Positions 7,856-17,194 of a DNA stretch of 64,000 nucleotides are shown in pieces. How positions within the stretch are numbered: position 1 is the stretch's first letter; the number at the start of each line of letters is the position of its first letter. Made by a program: the position numbers and the translations under genes. The notes beneath the pieces were generated by a model that saw only the letters and a program-made list of their open reading frames with translations, ran no database searches and was not told where the DNA came from. The stretch lies in the sequence record LC819006.1; one strand, written 5' to 3'.

Positions 7856-9460
7856 TTACTGCTGTTCGCCATCCGGACCCGGATAGTCGATCGACGACTT
7901 CACCACCCAATCCGAAAGAGGCGGTTTACCTTCCAGGCTGCGAATGAAGTTCTTCACTCGTACTTCGAACGGCATTACACGTCCGTCATACGTTTCGTAC
8001 AGATGGTCGACCAATGCTGCGATGAACGCGTTCAGCTTCGTTTCACGATCCGGATCAGTCGGATCGATCTTCAGCATGTTCGGGTTGATGTAGTGTTCAA
8101 CTGCTGCACGAATGAAGTACTTCGGGTCTTCCGGGTTAGCGAAACGGTTGAACTTCTGATCCGTCTCTTCAAGCAAAGGACCAGGTTCGACACCTGGGAA
8201 AGTTCCCCAGACGTGAGCAATCAACGTACGCTTGATCGTTTCGAATTGCGACATGCGTTCTTCTTCTGTGCCTTCCAGATAGAAGAGACTCGGCGACAGG
8301 TAGTTCTCGACAGCTTGTCGGACCAACAGAAGCTGCTTGTAGTCTGGATACTGCTGAAGCTTCACGCCTTCATGACCTGCCGATTGACGCATCTGACCAG
8401 AAATCAGTTTCTTCGCCGAAGAACGCGAGGCAACCATGGCGTCATAGAACTGGGTGAAGTTGGGAGTTCGATCGTGAGTATCGTACGCTACCATCTGGTC
8501 CTTGTAGACAACATTCGGAACCAGATTCTTCTCGACGATACGAACAGTCGCACCGACACACTGTTGCTGGAACAAAGATTCCCACGGTTCGGGCTTCACA
8601 GCCGTCTCGTATTGTTCATCGTTCCAGGTAACCGGGATACCCAGCACCCGAAGCTTATCGGCGATGATACCGCACAATGCCGACTTACCCACGCCGGTAC
8701 GACCCATCACCACGACACGAATGTCCCCACCATTCAGGTAGTCGAGCGGAAGACCCTGACGACCCAGAACAGCCAATGTCCATGCCACGGCACCATCCCA
8801 CATGACGCGAGCATTCTTCGTGTCATAATGACCGTACTGATTAGGATAGTGCGGATGGTCCGGATCGTAACGCTGGACATCCTTGATGAAGTTCTGCTGA
8901 CGTGCGAACGATTCGAACGCTTTGGTATCGTCGACGATGACGTCCGGCCGCTGTTCGATCAAACCGGTCTGCCAGCCATATGGCTCGATCTTGACTTCAT
9001 GATAGCGGGCCAGTTGACGAACGTAAGCGACCGCATCGGACTCGTGCCAGAAATCGACGGAGTGTTTTACCATTCCGTTTTCGTAGCGCGAATAGACGCC
9101 GTAGCCTTTCGTTTCATCATTAGCGCCGTCCATCTGAATTTCGATGGAACCCTGCTCCAGTTCCTTAAACGGAGCAAGCTGAAGACCGATGATCTTACCC
9201 GCCTTTTTATTGACGGTATGTTGGCCGATGTAGACAGGTATTTTGTATTCGTAGGCGAGGTTGGTCGCCGTTGCTGCAGCCTGACCGATGTCGGTGAAGT
9301 AATTCGGATCGACTGGACTCAGGCTGCTGTCTTCGTGTTCCCAGAACAGAATCCAGCCAGCGAACCCGCGTTCGCCCTTCGCTTCAAATGCAGCGACTAC
9401 TTCACCATCGAGGTTTTTCACTGCGGGAATAACGCGAACCGACTTTGCTTTGTTCTGCAT
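7856..9460 (-). CDS. Mosaic multi-domain hypothetical protein with an internal P-loop-like segment
   Basis: Contains VVVMGRTGVGKS. Likely ATG at 9460 after an AAGGTG SD. Confidence 0.65.
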   Translation of the reverse strand: MQNKAKSVRVIPAVKNLDGEVVAAFEAKGERGFAGWILFWEHEDSSLSPVDPNYFTDIGQAAATATNLAYEYKIPVYIGQHTVNKKAGKIIGLQLAPFKELEQGSIEIQMDGANDETKGYGVYSRYENGMVKHSVDFWHESDAVAYVRQLARYHEVKIEPYGWQTGLIEQRPDVIVDDTKAFESFARQQNFIKDVQRYDPDHPHYPNQYGHYDTKNARVMWDGAVAWTLAVLGRQGLPLDYLNGGDIRVVVMGRTGVGKSALCGIIADKLRVLGIPVTWNDEQYETAVKPEPWESLFQQQCVGATVRIVEKNLVPNVVYKDQMVAYDTHDRTPNFTQFYDAMVASRSSAKKLISGQMRQSAGHEGVKLQQYPDYKQLLLVRQAVENYLSPSLFYLEGTEEERMSQFETIKRTLIAHVWGTFPGVEPGPLLEETDQKFNRFANPEDPKYFIRAAVEHYINPNMLKIDPTDPDRETKLNAFIAALVDHLYETYDGRVMPFEVRVKNFIRSLEGKPPLSDWVVKSSIDYPGPDGEQQ

Positions 9461-9491
9461 GTTGTACACCTTTTAAAAAGAGACATAGAGC

Positions 9492-9521
9492 ATAGACAGA
9501 TGCCCGAAGGCATCTGTCTAT
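9492..9521 (-). terminator. Hairpin, copy 2 of the identical 26-bp core
   Basis: ATAGACAGATGCC-CGAA-GGCATCTGTCTAT. Confidence 0.7.
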
Positions 9522-9534
9522 TCACGCTTCGACG

Positions 9535-10749
9535 TTAGTCGTTGGATTGCGGCTTGGTACGCTTTACTGCAGGCTTCTTGATCGGCGTTTTCTTCACCGG
9601 CACCGAAGCTTTCGACGGTTTCTTAGCCGCCGTGGTCGTGGCGGTTGCGCCGCCTTCACCCAGGAGCGCTACCTTGAAGCCGAACTTCTCGGCAAATGCC
9701 GCGGCTTGCTTCTGGGTAAGCTTCGACGTCATCGTCGGGTTCTTCAGACCGACCCCAGCAGCCATGCGGATCACCAGAGCGTGCTCGATGATGCCCATGC
9801 TGCGAACCAGCTGGTCGAGCTTGATGGTCTTCGGGATCTCGATGGTCGGCTGTTTACGACGAGCGCCTGCCAGACGATCGATTGCCTTCTGGAGTTCCGA
9901 GCCTTCCGGAAGCGGAGACTTTTTACCGAACATCATGCCTGACAGATCCAGCTTCGAGACCGGAGTCACACCTCCTGAGCTTGCTGCCGTAGATGCGACG
10001 GGTCCCGACATGATCGCCATACCGGCGCCAGAAGACGTCGAGAGATCCGTACCACCTTGGGTCTGTCCAGCTTCTGCGAAGCCCGCCTGAGCCGTTTTAA
10101 GGCCCTCTGCGAACGTTCCTTGCTGGCCTTCCGTCAAGATCTTCGTATCCTTGAAGATCACGACGACGACATTGCCGATCGGACCGAGTTCCATGTACTG
10201 GATACGGTCGACCTGATCCGGATTTTCGTTGGCAGTGCCTTCGTAAACGCGGATGATTTCCTTTTGCTTCGTGTCGTAACCGACCCACACGGTGCTGCTG
10301 GAAACCTTGTGCAGGCCATCGGTCTGCGAAGCCTTCGGATCCGGATCGCGTTCGGTGACGTCATGCTCGACAACGAGACGACGCTTCCAGTACGAGATCG
10401 GTACTTCGACCGGCGTGTTGCTGCCGTCTTCCGGTTCTTGCTGAACCGAACGGATGGTCGGCGGGAAAGCTTCGTTGACCATCTTGCCATTGATGAGCTC
10501 GAACATCATGGCGTAATGCTGTTCCTGCGCCGAGCGAGCCTGACCGTGGAAGATCGGCGGTTCGTTCGTGTTGAAGCCGATGGTGTACTGCAGATACGGC
10601 ATCGACTGATTTTCATCGTGGCCGACGGTCGTCGTGAGCTTCAGGTTCTGGCGAAGACACGCGAGCGACAGTTGCTGCTGCATCGACAGAATGGTTGCGA
10701 TACGTGCCGCGGCTTCCGGATTGGAAATGTTTTTGTTCAGGCTTTTCAA
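9535..10749 (-). CDS. Protein with a C-terminal IF2 N-terminal-like domain and Lys/Pro/Ala tail
   Basis: IEIPKTIKLDQLVRSMG...TSKLTQKQAAAFAEKFGFKVAL aligns by eye to the bacterial IF2_N pattern. TTG start with GAGGAG SD. Confidence 0.65.
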   Translation of the reverse strand: MKSLNKNISNPEAAARIATILSMQQQLSLACLRQNLKLTTTVGHDENQSMPYLQYTIGFNTNEPPIFHGQARSAQEQHYAMMFELINGKMVNEAFPPTIRSVQQEPEDGSNTPVEVPISYWKRRLVVEHDVTERDPDPKASQTDGLHKVSSSTVWVGYDTKQKEIIRVYEGTANENPDQVDRIQYMELGPIGNVVVVIFKDTKILTEGQQGTFAEGLKTAQAGFAEAGQTQGGTDLSTSSGAGMAIMSGPVASTAASSGGVTPVSKLDLSGMMFGKKSPLPEGSELQKAIDRLAGARRKQPTIEIPKTIKLDQLVRSMGIIEHALVIRMAAGVGLKNPTMTSKLTQKQAAAFAEKFGFKVALLGEGGATATTTAAKKPSKASVPVKKTPIKKPAVKRTKPQSND

Positions 10750-10759
10750 AGCGAGCTCC

Positions 10760-11095
10760 TCAGTTTTGATAGGACAGGTCCGTCAGGCGAACGTATTTTT
10801 CGATGAACTGTTCGTCGTTCAGGATCTGGGTGACATCATCGGAAACGACAATCCAATCGCCCTTCTTGCACAGGACGACTTGTTCGTCGATTTCGAATTC
10901 GAGTTCGTCGACCGGGCGTCCGATCAACGACGTGATTTTGCGGCGGGCGAGATGTTTGCAAAAGAGGAAGGGGATCTCATCCGCATAGCCACGGTAACGG
11001 AAGGCGTAAACCTTCTGGACCGTTTTGGGGACGAAAGCGTATTTCAGCATTTCGTCCTCTTCTTTCGTTGCCAAACGTCTTTCTTGAGACATCAT
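10760..11095 (-). CDS. Hypothetical phage protein
   Basis: GDWIV...EQFIEKY pattern common in phage small proteins. ATGA overlap with the upstream gene. Confidence 0.65.
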   Translation of the reverse strand: MMSQERRLATKEEDEMLKYAFVPKTVQKVYAFRYRGYADEIPFLFCKHLARRKITSLIGRPVDELEFEIDEQVVLCKKGDWIVVSDDVTQILNDEQFIEKYVRLTDLSYQN

Positions 11096-11325
11096 TCTCC
11101 CTTCAGGGGCGGAACGGTTTGATATTTGGCCAGATCGTGCACATACGTGAGGATCTGGTCATTGAGACCGTGCAAGTAGTACATCAGAAAGACTGTACAG
11201 ACGAGCACGACTAGACCAACGGCGCTGATGCGCTTGCGAAAATAAAGCTCGTTGCAAAACAGAACGAGACTGCTCAGCAACAAGAACCCGAGTGCGATGA
11301 TGGCGAAGACTGCTTGCATTTTCAA
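11092..11325 (-). CDS. Small membrane protein (two TM segments)
   Basis: Two hydrophobic stretches. First gene after the early promoter at 11391. Confidence 0.65.
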   Translation of the reverse strand: MKMQAVFAIIALGFLLLSSLVLFCNELYFRKRISAVGLVVLVCTVFLMYYLHGLNDQILTYVHDLAKYQTVPPLKGE

Positions 11326-11390
11326 CTTCCTTTCTAATAATCAACATATCAGGCCGTTCAATTGCTTTTTACATGCGGATTCTCAGGGTA

Positions 11391-11407
11391 GTAATATATC
11401 TCCGAAA
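11391..11407 (-). promoter_or_regulatory. Early promoter TTTCGGA-GATATATTAC
   Basis: Intergenic, downstream of a terminator hairpin. Confidence 0.75.
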
Positions 11408-11453
11408 TAAAGTATAGCACATAAACACACAGGGAGCCGAAGCCCCCTGCATG

Positions 11454-12461
11454 TCAGAACAGATCTTCAGAGAACAACGGCGTGACGCTAATCAGGTAAC
11501 CTCGCTCATCCATATCACGCTCACGCCAGATGCCTCCCATTTTGGGATCTTCCTGGTTAAAGAGTTTGGATGCGCAACGAGTCAGCATCACGGACATCGT
11601 AGGCGTATCGACGATCATCTTGTTATCAACCGCCATGAGCATTGCCCGATACCGTGTAACGAAATTGCCGTGATTCGTAAGAAAACCCTGGACTTCGTTT
11701 CGCTGCAGCCCACCGTGTGCTTCCTGGTATTCCCGGGACTGCAGGATGTGGTGATGACGATGCGGACGATCGACGTACCACACCACACCATCAACCCAAT
11801 TCGCAGCCGCTACCGGATATTCGTTCTCGTGGTCAATCGTGGCTTCCACGGCACGAAGGATCGGAGTACCAAAGTCTTTCAGCAGACGGAAGTTCGTCTG
11901 GCTAAAGATTGCATTACGCAGCTTGTACAGCTGAGTAACATCTTCATCATTCTCGTCATAACGAATGATGGTCATCTGCATCGATGACTCCACGATATGC
12001 GAACACATCGTGCCTTCAGTCTTCTGCCACTTGCGAGGGCCGGTCAAGATCGCAATGATCGGTTGTTCGACTTTCCAGAACACGCAGATGTACAGGATGT
12101 CGTATCCGAACAGTTCGCTGTTGACGATATCCGAATACGGAGTACCATCCATTAGCACGAAGTCACGACCTTTCTTCTCCGGGTTCTGTCGCATGAACTG
12201 CTCGGCGACCAAGATCGCTCGCATGCACAGCGATTCAGTTGTCTGAGGGTTCATGTCGTAAACCGGCTGAGTCAAACCACCCAGTCGGTAAACGTGCTTG
12301 CATCCCTTCACGAAACGATAGAGTAGATCGTTGATCTTCGGACCCAGACCAATCGCACCGCTAGGGTTCGCTCCCCAGTGACCGGAGAACTGCGCCGGAT
12401 AGCGGAAGTTAGTCTTCTTTACCAGCCCGCTCAGGAACTTTTCCGAGTTGTTTTGCGACAT
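11454..12461 (-). CDS. Hypothetical protein with C-terminal RHHH...QGFLT..G.FVTR phage domain
   Basis: Open frame extends to 12545. ATG 12461 has a GGAG SD. Confidence 0.6.
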   Translation of the reverse strand: MSQNNSEKFLSGLVKKTNFRYPAQFSGHWGANPSGAIGLGPKINDLLYRFVKGCKHVYRLGGLTQPVYDMNPQTTESLCMRAILVAEQFMRQNPEKKGRDFVLMDGTPYSDIVNSELFGYDILYICVFWKVEQPIIAILTGPRKWQKTEGTMCSHIVESSMQMTIIRYDENDEDVTQLYKLRNAIFSQTNFRLLKDFGTPILRAVEATIDHENEYPVAAANWVDGVVWYVDRPHRHHHILQSREYQEAHGGLQRNEVQGFLTNHGNFVTRYRAMLMAVDNKMIVDTPTMSVMLTRCASKLFNQEDPKMGGIWRERDMDERGYLISVTPLFSEDLF

Positions 12462-12897
12462 GAGGGGTATGCTCCCTAGAGAGTGCCTTGCACCACGCTG
12501 GGTAACCGGCAAGCGGAAAAGGCTCGATGTCTCTTCCTGGTTCATTTTCCATCGCCAACAGAAACTCCTGGCGATTCTTCGGTTCGTTCGGGTTGTACGG
12601 AATCAGGCCCAGACGTATCACCATATCGTGAACGAAGTCCACGAATTCCGGATCAGGCCAGCCCGTTTCACGAGCGACATCCATGATGAGATTCTGACGC
12701 CACTTCCAGCCCATGAGGTAGGCCATGGCGTAGAAGTTCTCGACCTGAGGCTGGTTGTCGTCTTCTTCGACGACTGCTCCACCATTGAAACGAACCGCCG
12801 CACAACAGAGGTTCGCTAGCTCATGGATGAAGCGTTGCTTGACTTCTTCCGACAACGGCGGATTGAAGGTATTGACTGTGGCTTCTTTGTAGAACAC
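12409..12897 (-). CDS. Hypothetical protein
   Basis: GTG start with GAGG SD. Confidence 0.6.
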   Translation of the reverse strand: MFYKEATVNTFNPPLSEEVKQRFIHELANLCCAAVRFNGGAVVEEDDNQPQVENFYAMAYLMGWKWRQNLIMDVARETGWPDPEFVDFVHDMVIRLGLIPYNPNEPKNRQEFLLAMENEPGRDIEPFPLAGYPAWCKALSREHTPHVAKQLGKVPERAGKED

Positions 12898-12927
12898 GGT
12901 TCGCCTCTCAAATGAAGCAAAAAAAAA

Positions 12928-12952
12928 TGGTGAGAGGATTTCCCTCTCACCA
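12928..12952 (-). terminator. Hairpin plus U-tract after the NUDIX gene
   Basis: TGGTGAGAGG...CCTCTCACCA with A-run to the left. Confidence 0.7.
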
Positions 12953-12968
12953 CCAACGCGCTTCTCGC

Positions 12969-14411
12969 TTAAGCGCGGAGGAAAGCGTTCATCGCGTAGA
13001 ACTTCAGCGACGGATCGAAGATCTGCGAGATCGTGCCGATCTTCCAGCGGTCTTCAGCCGGAATCTTGGCGATGAACTCGGGATCGCTCGGGTGCGAGCC
13101 GCCATTGGACATGGAGTCCATGACGAAGCGACTGCTGATGGCCGGACGGTGCGGATTGAGCGACAGCATTTCCAGCGTGCCGATGAGCGAATCGATGACC
13201 GAACGCGACCAGCATTCCAGCGGAGTCGGCAGGAGCGAATCGTCTTGCAGGTCTTCGAGCCACTTGAAACCGACGTCGTTGAGTTCTTCTTCGTTCGTCG
13301 AGAGCTCGTAGTCTTCCGGCACCTCGATGGCGATCATCATTGCCAGGTGTTGCTTTTCGACATCGCCCGAAGCGTAGTCGAGGAAGAACGTGGTGCGCTG
13401 ATGCAGCCATTGTTCCGGTGAGCACATTGCATCCTGGGCGCCTTGGGCGATCAGGTCGACGATGTCTTTCGTCTCGTACGTCTCGACGACCTGAACATTC
13501 TCCACGCCACGGCCGTAGACCCGCATCTGGATTTCTTCGCGCCCTTCGCGAATCACGTTGTTCATGATGCCGGTCCAGAAACCTTCGCACAGCAGACGAC
13601 CCGAGAACGTATTGATGAGTTCGCTGCCGCCCGGGAAGGCATGCTTCACGAGCTTCGATTGCGTCGACAGGAAATCGTGCGGGTTGATGTGACCACCCAC
13701 GCCGACCGAACAACCCAATGCCAGACGTTCTTCGCCGACGCCCTTACCGCGCTGATACACGAAGATGCGATAGCGCTTGCCGATCTTCTTGTAGAACACG
13801 ATGTACGGCAGCAGCTGGATGTAGCGGCTGTCGTTTTCGCACCAGCCGCGACGGATGAAGTTCAGGGCCCAGTAGACCGCTTCGTTCAGTTCGTTCGGAC
13901 GCACTTCTTCTTGCGGGACCATCGTCATCATGTCGATGAAGTCACGCGCGGCGATCGCCAGCACTTGTTCGACGGGTTTCTTCTGACCTTCGACCGAATC
14001 ACACAGATCGGTGTAGGTCGGCAGACGACCGAAGTCGTGTTCCTTCATCAGGTCGTGTTCGACCGTCGGCTTTTCGTCGACCATCAGCGGAATCTGACCC
14101 GGATAAAGCAGCGTGCCGAAAAGCGGAACCGGCGCAATGTCGTCCATGATCTGTTCGCCGAACTGGTTCTTGAACCCGAGCGACACTTGTCCGCCGATCG
14201 GCGTGATGACTGCGTTCTCGTCGTCGCGCATCTTCGCCGCGCGCTTGATGATCTCGGTGCTGACCGGCAGCAGCGGAATGTATGCACGCGCCGACAACGG
14301 AGGCGTTTGCGGATCGTCGATTTCGTCTTGTTGGTTTGCTGCGGGCGTGATCAGAACGCGAGTAGCCTGGTCAGCTGCTTCAGCTTGGTCGAATTTTTCT
14401 TGCAGAGACAT
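12969..14411 (-). CDS. NUDIX-superfamily protein (COG4112/YmaB-like) with N-terminal extension
   Basis: QLLPYIV...YQRGKGVGEERL...SVGVGGHIN...REGREE motifs. Confidence 0.75.
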   Translation of the reverse strand: MSLQEKFDQAEAADQATRVLITPAANQQDEIDDPQTPPLSARAYIPLLPVSTEIIKRAAKMRDDENAVITPIGGQVSLGFKNQFGEQIMDDIAPVPLFGTLLYPGQIPLMVDEKPTVEHDLMKEHDFGRLPTYTDLCDSVEGQKKPVEQVLAIAARDFIDMMTMVPQEEVRPNELNEAVYWALNFIRRGWCENDSRYIQLLPYIVFYKKIGKRYRIFVYQRGKGVGEERLALGCSVGVGGHINPHDFLSTQSKLVKHAFPGGSELINTFSGRLLCEGFWTGIMNNVIREGREEIQMRVYGRGVENVQVVETYETKDIVDLIAQGAQDAMCSPEQWLHQRTTFFLDYASGDVEKQHLAMMIAIEVPEDYELSTNEEELNDVGFKWLEDLQDDSLLPTPLECWSRSVIDSLIGTLEMLSLNPHRPAISSRFVMDSMSNGGSHPSDPEFIAKIPAEDRWKIGTISQIFDPSLKFYAMNAFLRA

Positions 14412-14523
14412 GGAAAATCCTTATCTAAAAAGTACTACCGGTTTAGGTCAAACCATCCGGTCTTGTAGTAAAAAATAAATTGAGTCGAGATAGCCGAAGC
14501 TATCCCGATCTCATTTTCAAAGG

Positions 14524-15105
14524 TTACGTCTTGGGAAAGTTAACGCGTTCCCCACGCTGCTTCTGAGCCAGATACATCCGGAACGCGGTGATCTGTTGCG
14601 AGAATCTTTCTCGCGCTTGTTGCGTTTGCCCATAATTGACCGCAATAGCCGTACAAGCATTTACGAGCTTTGCGAAATCGTTATCGAACCGCTTGTCTGC
14701 AAATGAAGCACGAATCCGGGTGACACCTTCTTCGTCGATCTGATTGTCAACGCCGTAACGCATTTGCATCGCCTTCCCTGAAGTCGAGGTAGCAATGTCA
14801 TATCCGTCACGCCACTGGACCTGGCTGAGATTGTACAAATCTGAAGCACGAATCAAAATGACGAGATCGGGATCAAGTGGTCGCCGATTGATGACTTCCT
14901 TGGCATGATCTGACCAGACCATATGCTTGTTGTCCATATAGGACCTCAGCAGCTCATTGTCAGCCCACGCTTCTTTGTAGAACTTGTCCTGAGCAGCAAC
15001 AGCTGTTCTGATTCGCTCTATCTCACGTTTGTGGTATTGTCGGACAATGATGAGCAGGATGATAAAAACGAGGCTGATTCCTCCGAACATCAGTCCATTT
15101 TGCAT
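14524..15105 (-). CDS. Membrane-anchored hypothetical protein
   Basis: N-terminal GISLVFIILLIIV. GGAG SD before ATG 15105. Confidence 0.6.
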   Translation of the reverse strand: MQNGLMFGGISLVFIILLIIVRQYHKREIERIRTAVAAQDKFYKEAWADNELLRSYMDNKHMVWSDHAKEVINRRPLDPDLVILIRASDLYNLSQVQWRDGYDIATSTSGKAMQMRYGVDNQIDEEGVTRIRASFADKRFDNDFAKLVNACTAIAVNYGQTQQARERFSQQITAFRMYLAQKQRGERVNFPKT

Positions 15106-15179
15106 ATTTGAATCTCCGTTGTAAAAGGAAAACATAGTCCACAGGATGAGGCATTGCCTCATCCTGGGAGAAGTCGTGT

Positions 15180-15608
15180 TTACTTCTTCTTGACGACCTT
15201 GACGGGAGCCGGCGCAATTGCACCGATTACCACACCAGAGCGAATGTCGTCGTGACGCATCTTGATGAGGATGCGATTGCTACCAGTGACAGGTGGCAGG
15301 ATGATGACGTTCGTCCAACCATCTACGTCGAGCACTTCACGAACGATGTTTGCGATGAAACGATCGTCCGAACCATCGAGACGGGAGAACAGATCGATCT
15401 CGTGTTCCTTGCCGATGTACCAGGCGATTTCACCGATCGTGGGGTCGTACGAGTACAGGCCCAGCTTCAGTGCTTTGGCCAACAGGTCGAAGAATACATC
15501 CTTGACCTCTTGTTCCGACTTGAAACGACGGAACGGCTTACCGCTGAATTCGGTAAGCTCTTTCTTGAGCATCTTTTTGACTGCGTCGAGGGAATTCATG
15601 TCAACCAT
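15180..15608 (-). CDS. Hypothetical protein
   Basis: ORF in co-oriented operon, overlapping the upstream stop. Confidence 0.6.
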   Translation of the reverse strand: MVDMNSLDAVKKMLKKELTEFSGKPFRRFKSEQEVKDVFFDLLAKALKLGLYSYDPTIGEIAWYIGKEHEIDLFSRLDGSDDRFIANIVREVLDVDGWTNVIILPPVTGSNRILIKMRHDDIRSGVVIGAIAPAPVKVVKKK

Positions 15609-16080
15609 TGTGGTTCTCTTCTTTCACGTAGATGATTTCTTTCGAATAGTTCTGGGCGTAGAACTTATTACCGCCGATTTCCAGAGCCTTACGCGCAGAT
15701 GCGAGGAACTTCTCGATTTCTGCGGTCGGCATGTAACCGAATTCAGAAATCGTACGCTTATAGCCGGCCTCGACCATAATCTCGACCTGGACTTCAGCGA
15801 CTTTTTGAACTGCTTCATCGTACGGCAGATAAACAATCTTGGCCACACGGATACGTTCGGTTTCAGGAGAGTTCGGCACATAGTTCACGCCGAATTCCGT
15901 CATTAGTCGAGCTGCTTCGTCGGTATACTTCTTCCGATCCACTTCAGTCAGATCAGTAAGGATATCCGACGAGATGATTCCGAGCCGATAGTCGCGACGA
16001 ACGTTTTGTTCAGCTGCTTTCTGAATCGCTTCTTCCAGCGGATAGTACTTGTCTTCGATCGGTCGAATTTCAAACGGCAT
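15601..16080 (-). CDS. Hypothetical protein
   Basis: GAGGAG SD before ATG 16080. Confidence 0.6.
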   Translation of the reverse strand: MPFEIRPIEDKYYPLEEAIQKAAEQNVRRDYRLGIISSDILTDLTEVDRKKYTDEAARLMTEFGVNYVPNSPETERIRVAKIVYLPYDEAVQKVAEVQVEIMVEAGYKRTISEFGYMPTAEIEKFLASARKALEIGGNKFYAQNYSKEIIYVKEENHNG

Positions 16081-16173
16081 CAGCAAGCTCCTCAATTTTA
16101 AAAAGTTGGTATTCAGGTACAAAATAAAAAGCCCCGCTATGAAAAATAACGGGGCCTAACATCACCTCCCTAA

Positions 16174-16548
16174 CTACTGGAAGGTCGGTTGTTGCTGTTG
16201 GAATCTACGATCGGGCGGAGTGGGCAGATCATGGATCGCCACTTGCCAGCGCCTGCTGAGTACATCCGGTAAGAACAGCGAGCGTTTTTCGCAATACGGA
16301 TTGCCCCAATGATCCTTCTTGGGGACATCTTCCCAACCAAACTCGATTTTCGGAGCTTCAAACGTAGACGGCACATTTTCCATCGTACCGTTCGTCTGAT
16401 CCACTTTGCTTAAGAAAGCAAAGGGATAACCACAGTGGACGCAGAACATTCCTTGCGCCGCACGTCCTTCGAAGTTTTCGTTGCTGGCTCTTACCGTCCA
16501 GTAATGACCGTTATCGCAGAGGTACTCTGTGTAACCTTCGTAAGACAT
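16174..16548 (-). CDS. Putative Zn-ribbon protein
   Basis: C-x3-H (CDNGH) and C-x2-C (CVHC). GGAG SD. Confidence 0.6.
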   Translation of the reverse strand: MSYEGYTEYLCDNGHYWTVRASNENFEGRAAQGMFCVHCGYPFAFLSKVDQTNGTMENVPSTFEAPKIEFGWEDVPKKDHWGNPYCEKRSLFLPDVLSRRWQVAIHDLPTPPDRRFQQQQPTFQ

Positions 16549-16594
16549 TTCTTAGCTCCTCTATCTGCGTAGAGCTAACTACGCAGACTTTCGT

Positions 16595-16951
16595 TTAAAT
16601 GAAGTTATTACAAGGGTAGTACTCCAATTGCCCGGTGGTCCTACGATCCGGATAAACTTCGCTACTACTCGTACCACGAAACCCCGAGTACGATACCGAT
16701 TTCAACTTGAAGACTTCTTCCCTGGTCAGGGGATTACCATGCTGGTCCATCTCAGCATGGATTTGGAATCGACGGAATGCTTCGTCGGCTGCTTTTTTCG
16801 TGTCCTCTGCTGCAATGAGTCCACGTGACTCTGCGGTCAGCTGATATAAAAAACCACCTGGCTGAGCCGACTCCCAATGTTGTTTCTCTTGGGCAAACCG
16901 CTGCCGGAACCGGTCGATTGATTCCTGGCGTTTCTGTTCCTTAGTCTTCAT
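16595..16951 (-). CDS. Hypothetical protein
   Basis: AAGGA SD before ATG 16951 (MKTKEQK...). Confidence 0.55.
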   Translation of the reverse strand: MKTKEQKRQESIDRFRQRFAQEKQHWESAQPGGFLYQLTAESRGLIAAEDTKKAADEAFRRFQIHAEMDQHGNPLTREEVFKLKSVSYSGFRGTSSSEVYPDRRTTGQLEYYPCNNFI

Positions 16952-17011
16952 TTTAAAAGGTATTCCTTTCAAACGTTTCAGGATATGACGGATTGTCCCC
17001 GTCATACCAGA

Positions 17012-17194
17012 TTACTTCAGGTGGTTCTTCTTCAGATGCTTTTTAATCCGAGCCTCTCTTGCAAGCAGGACCGGATCCACGTAGTGAGCAACAACGCTGC
17101 GCGTTACATCATGGCGCAAGTGCGAAGGTTTCGTCGTGCGCCGATTCTTCATCGCGTTTTGCATCTTCCCGTTCCTTGAGCGTTTGAGCTTCAA
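17012..17194 (-). CDS. Possible small basic protein
   Basis: Fills a gap in the operon but overlaps the upstream ORF. Start uncertain. Confidence 0.35.
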   Translation of the reverse strand: MKLKRSRNGKMQNAMKNRRTTKPSHLRHDVTRSVVAHYVDPVLLAREARIKKHLKKNHLK

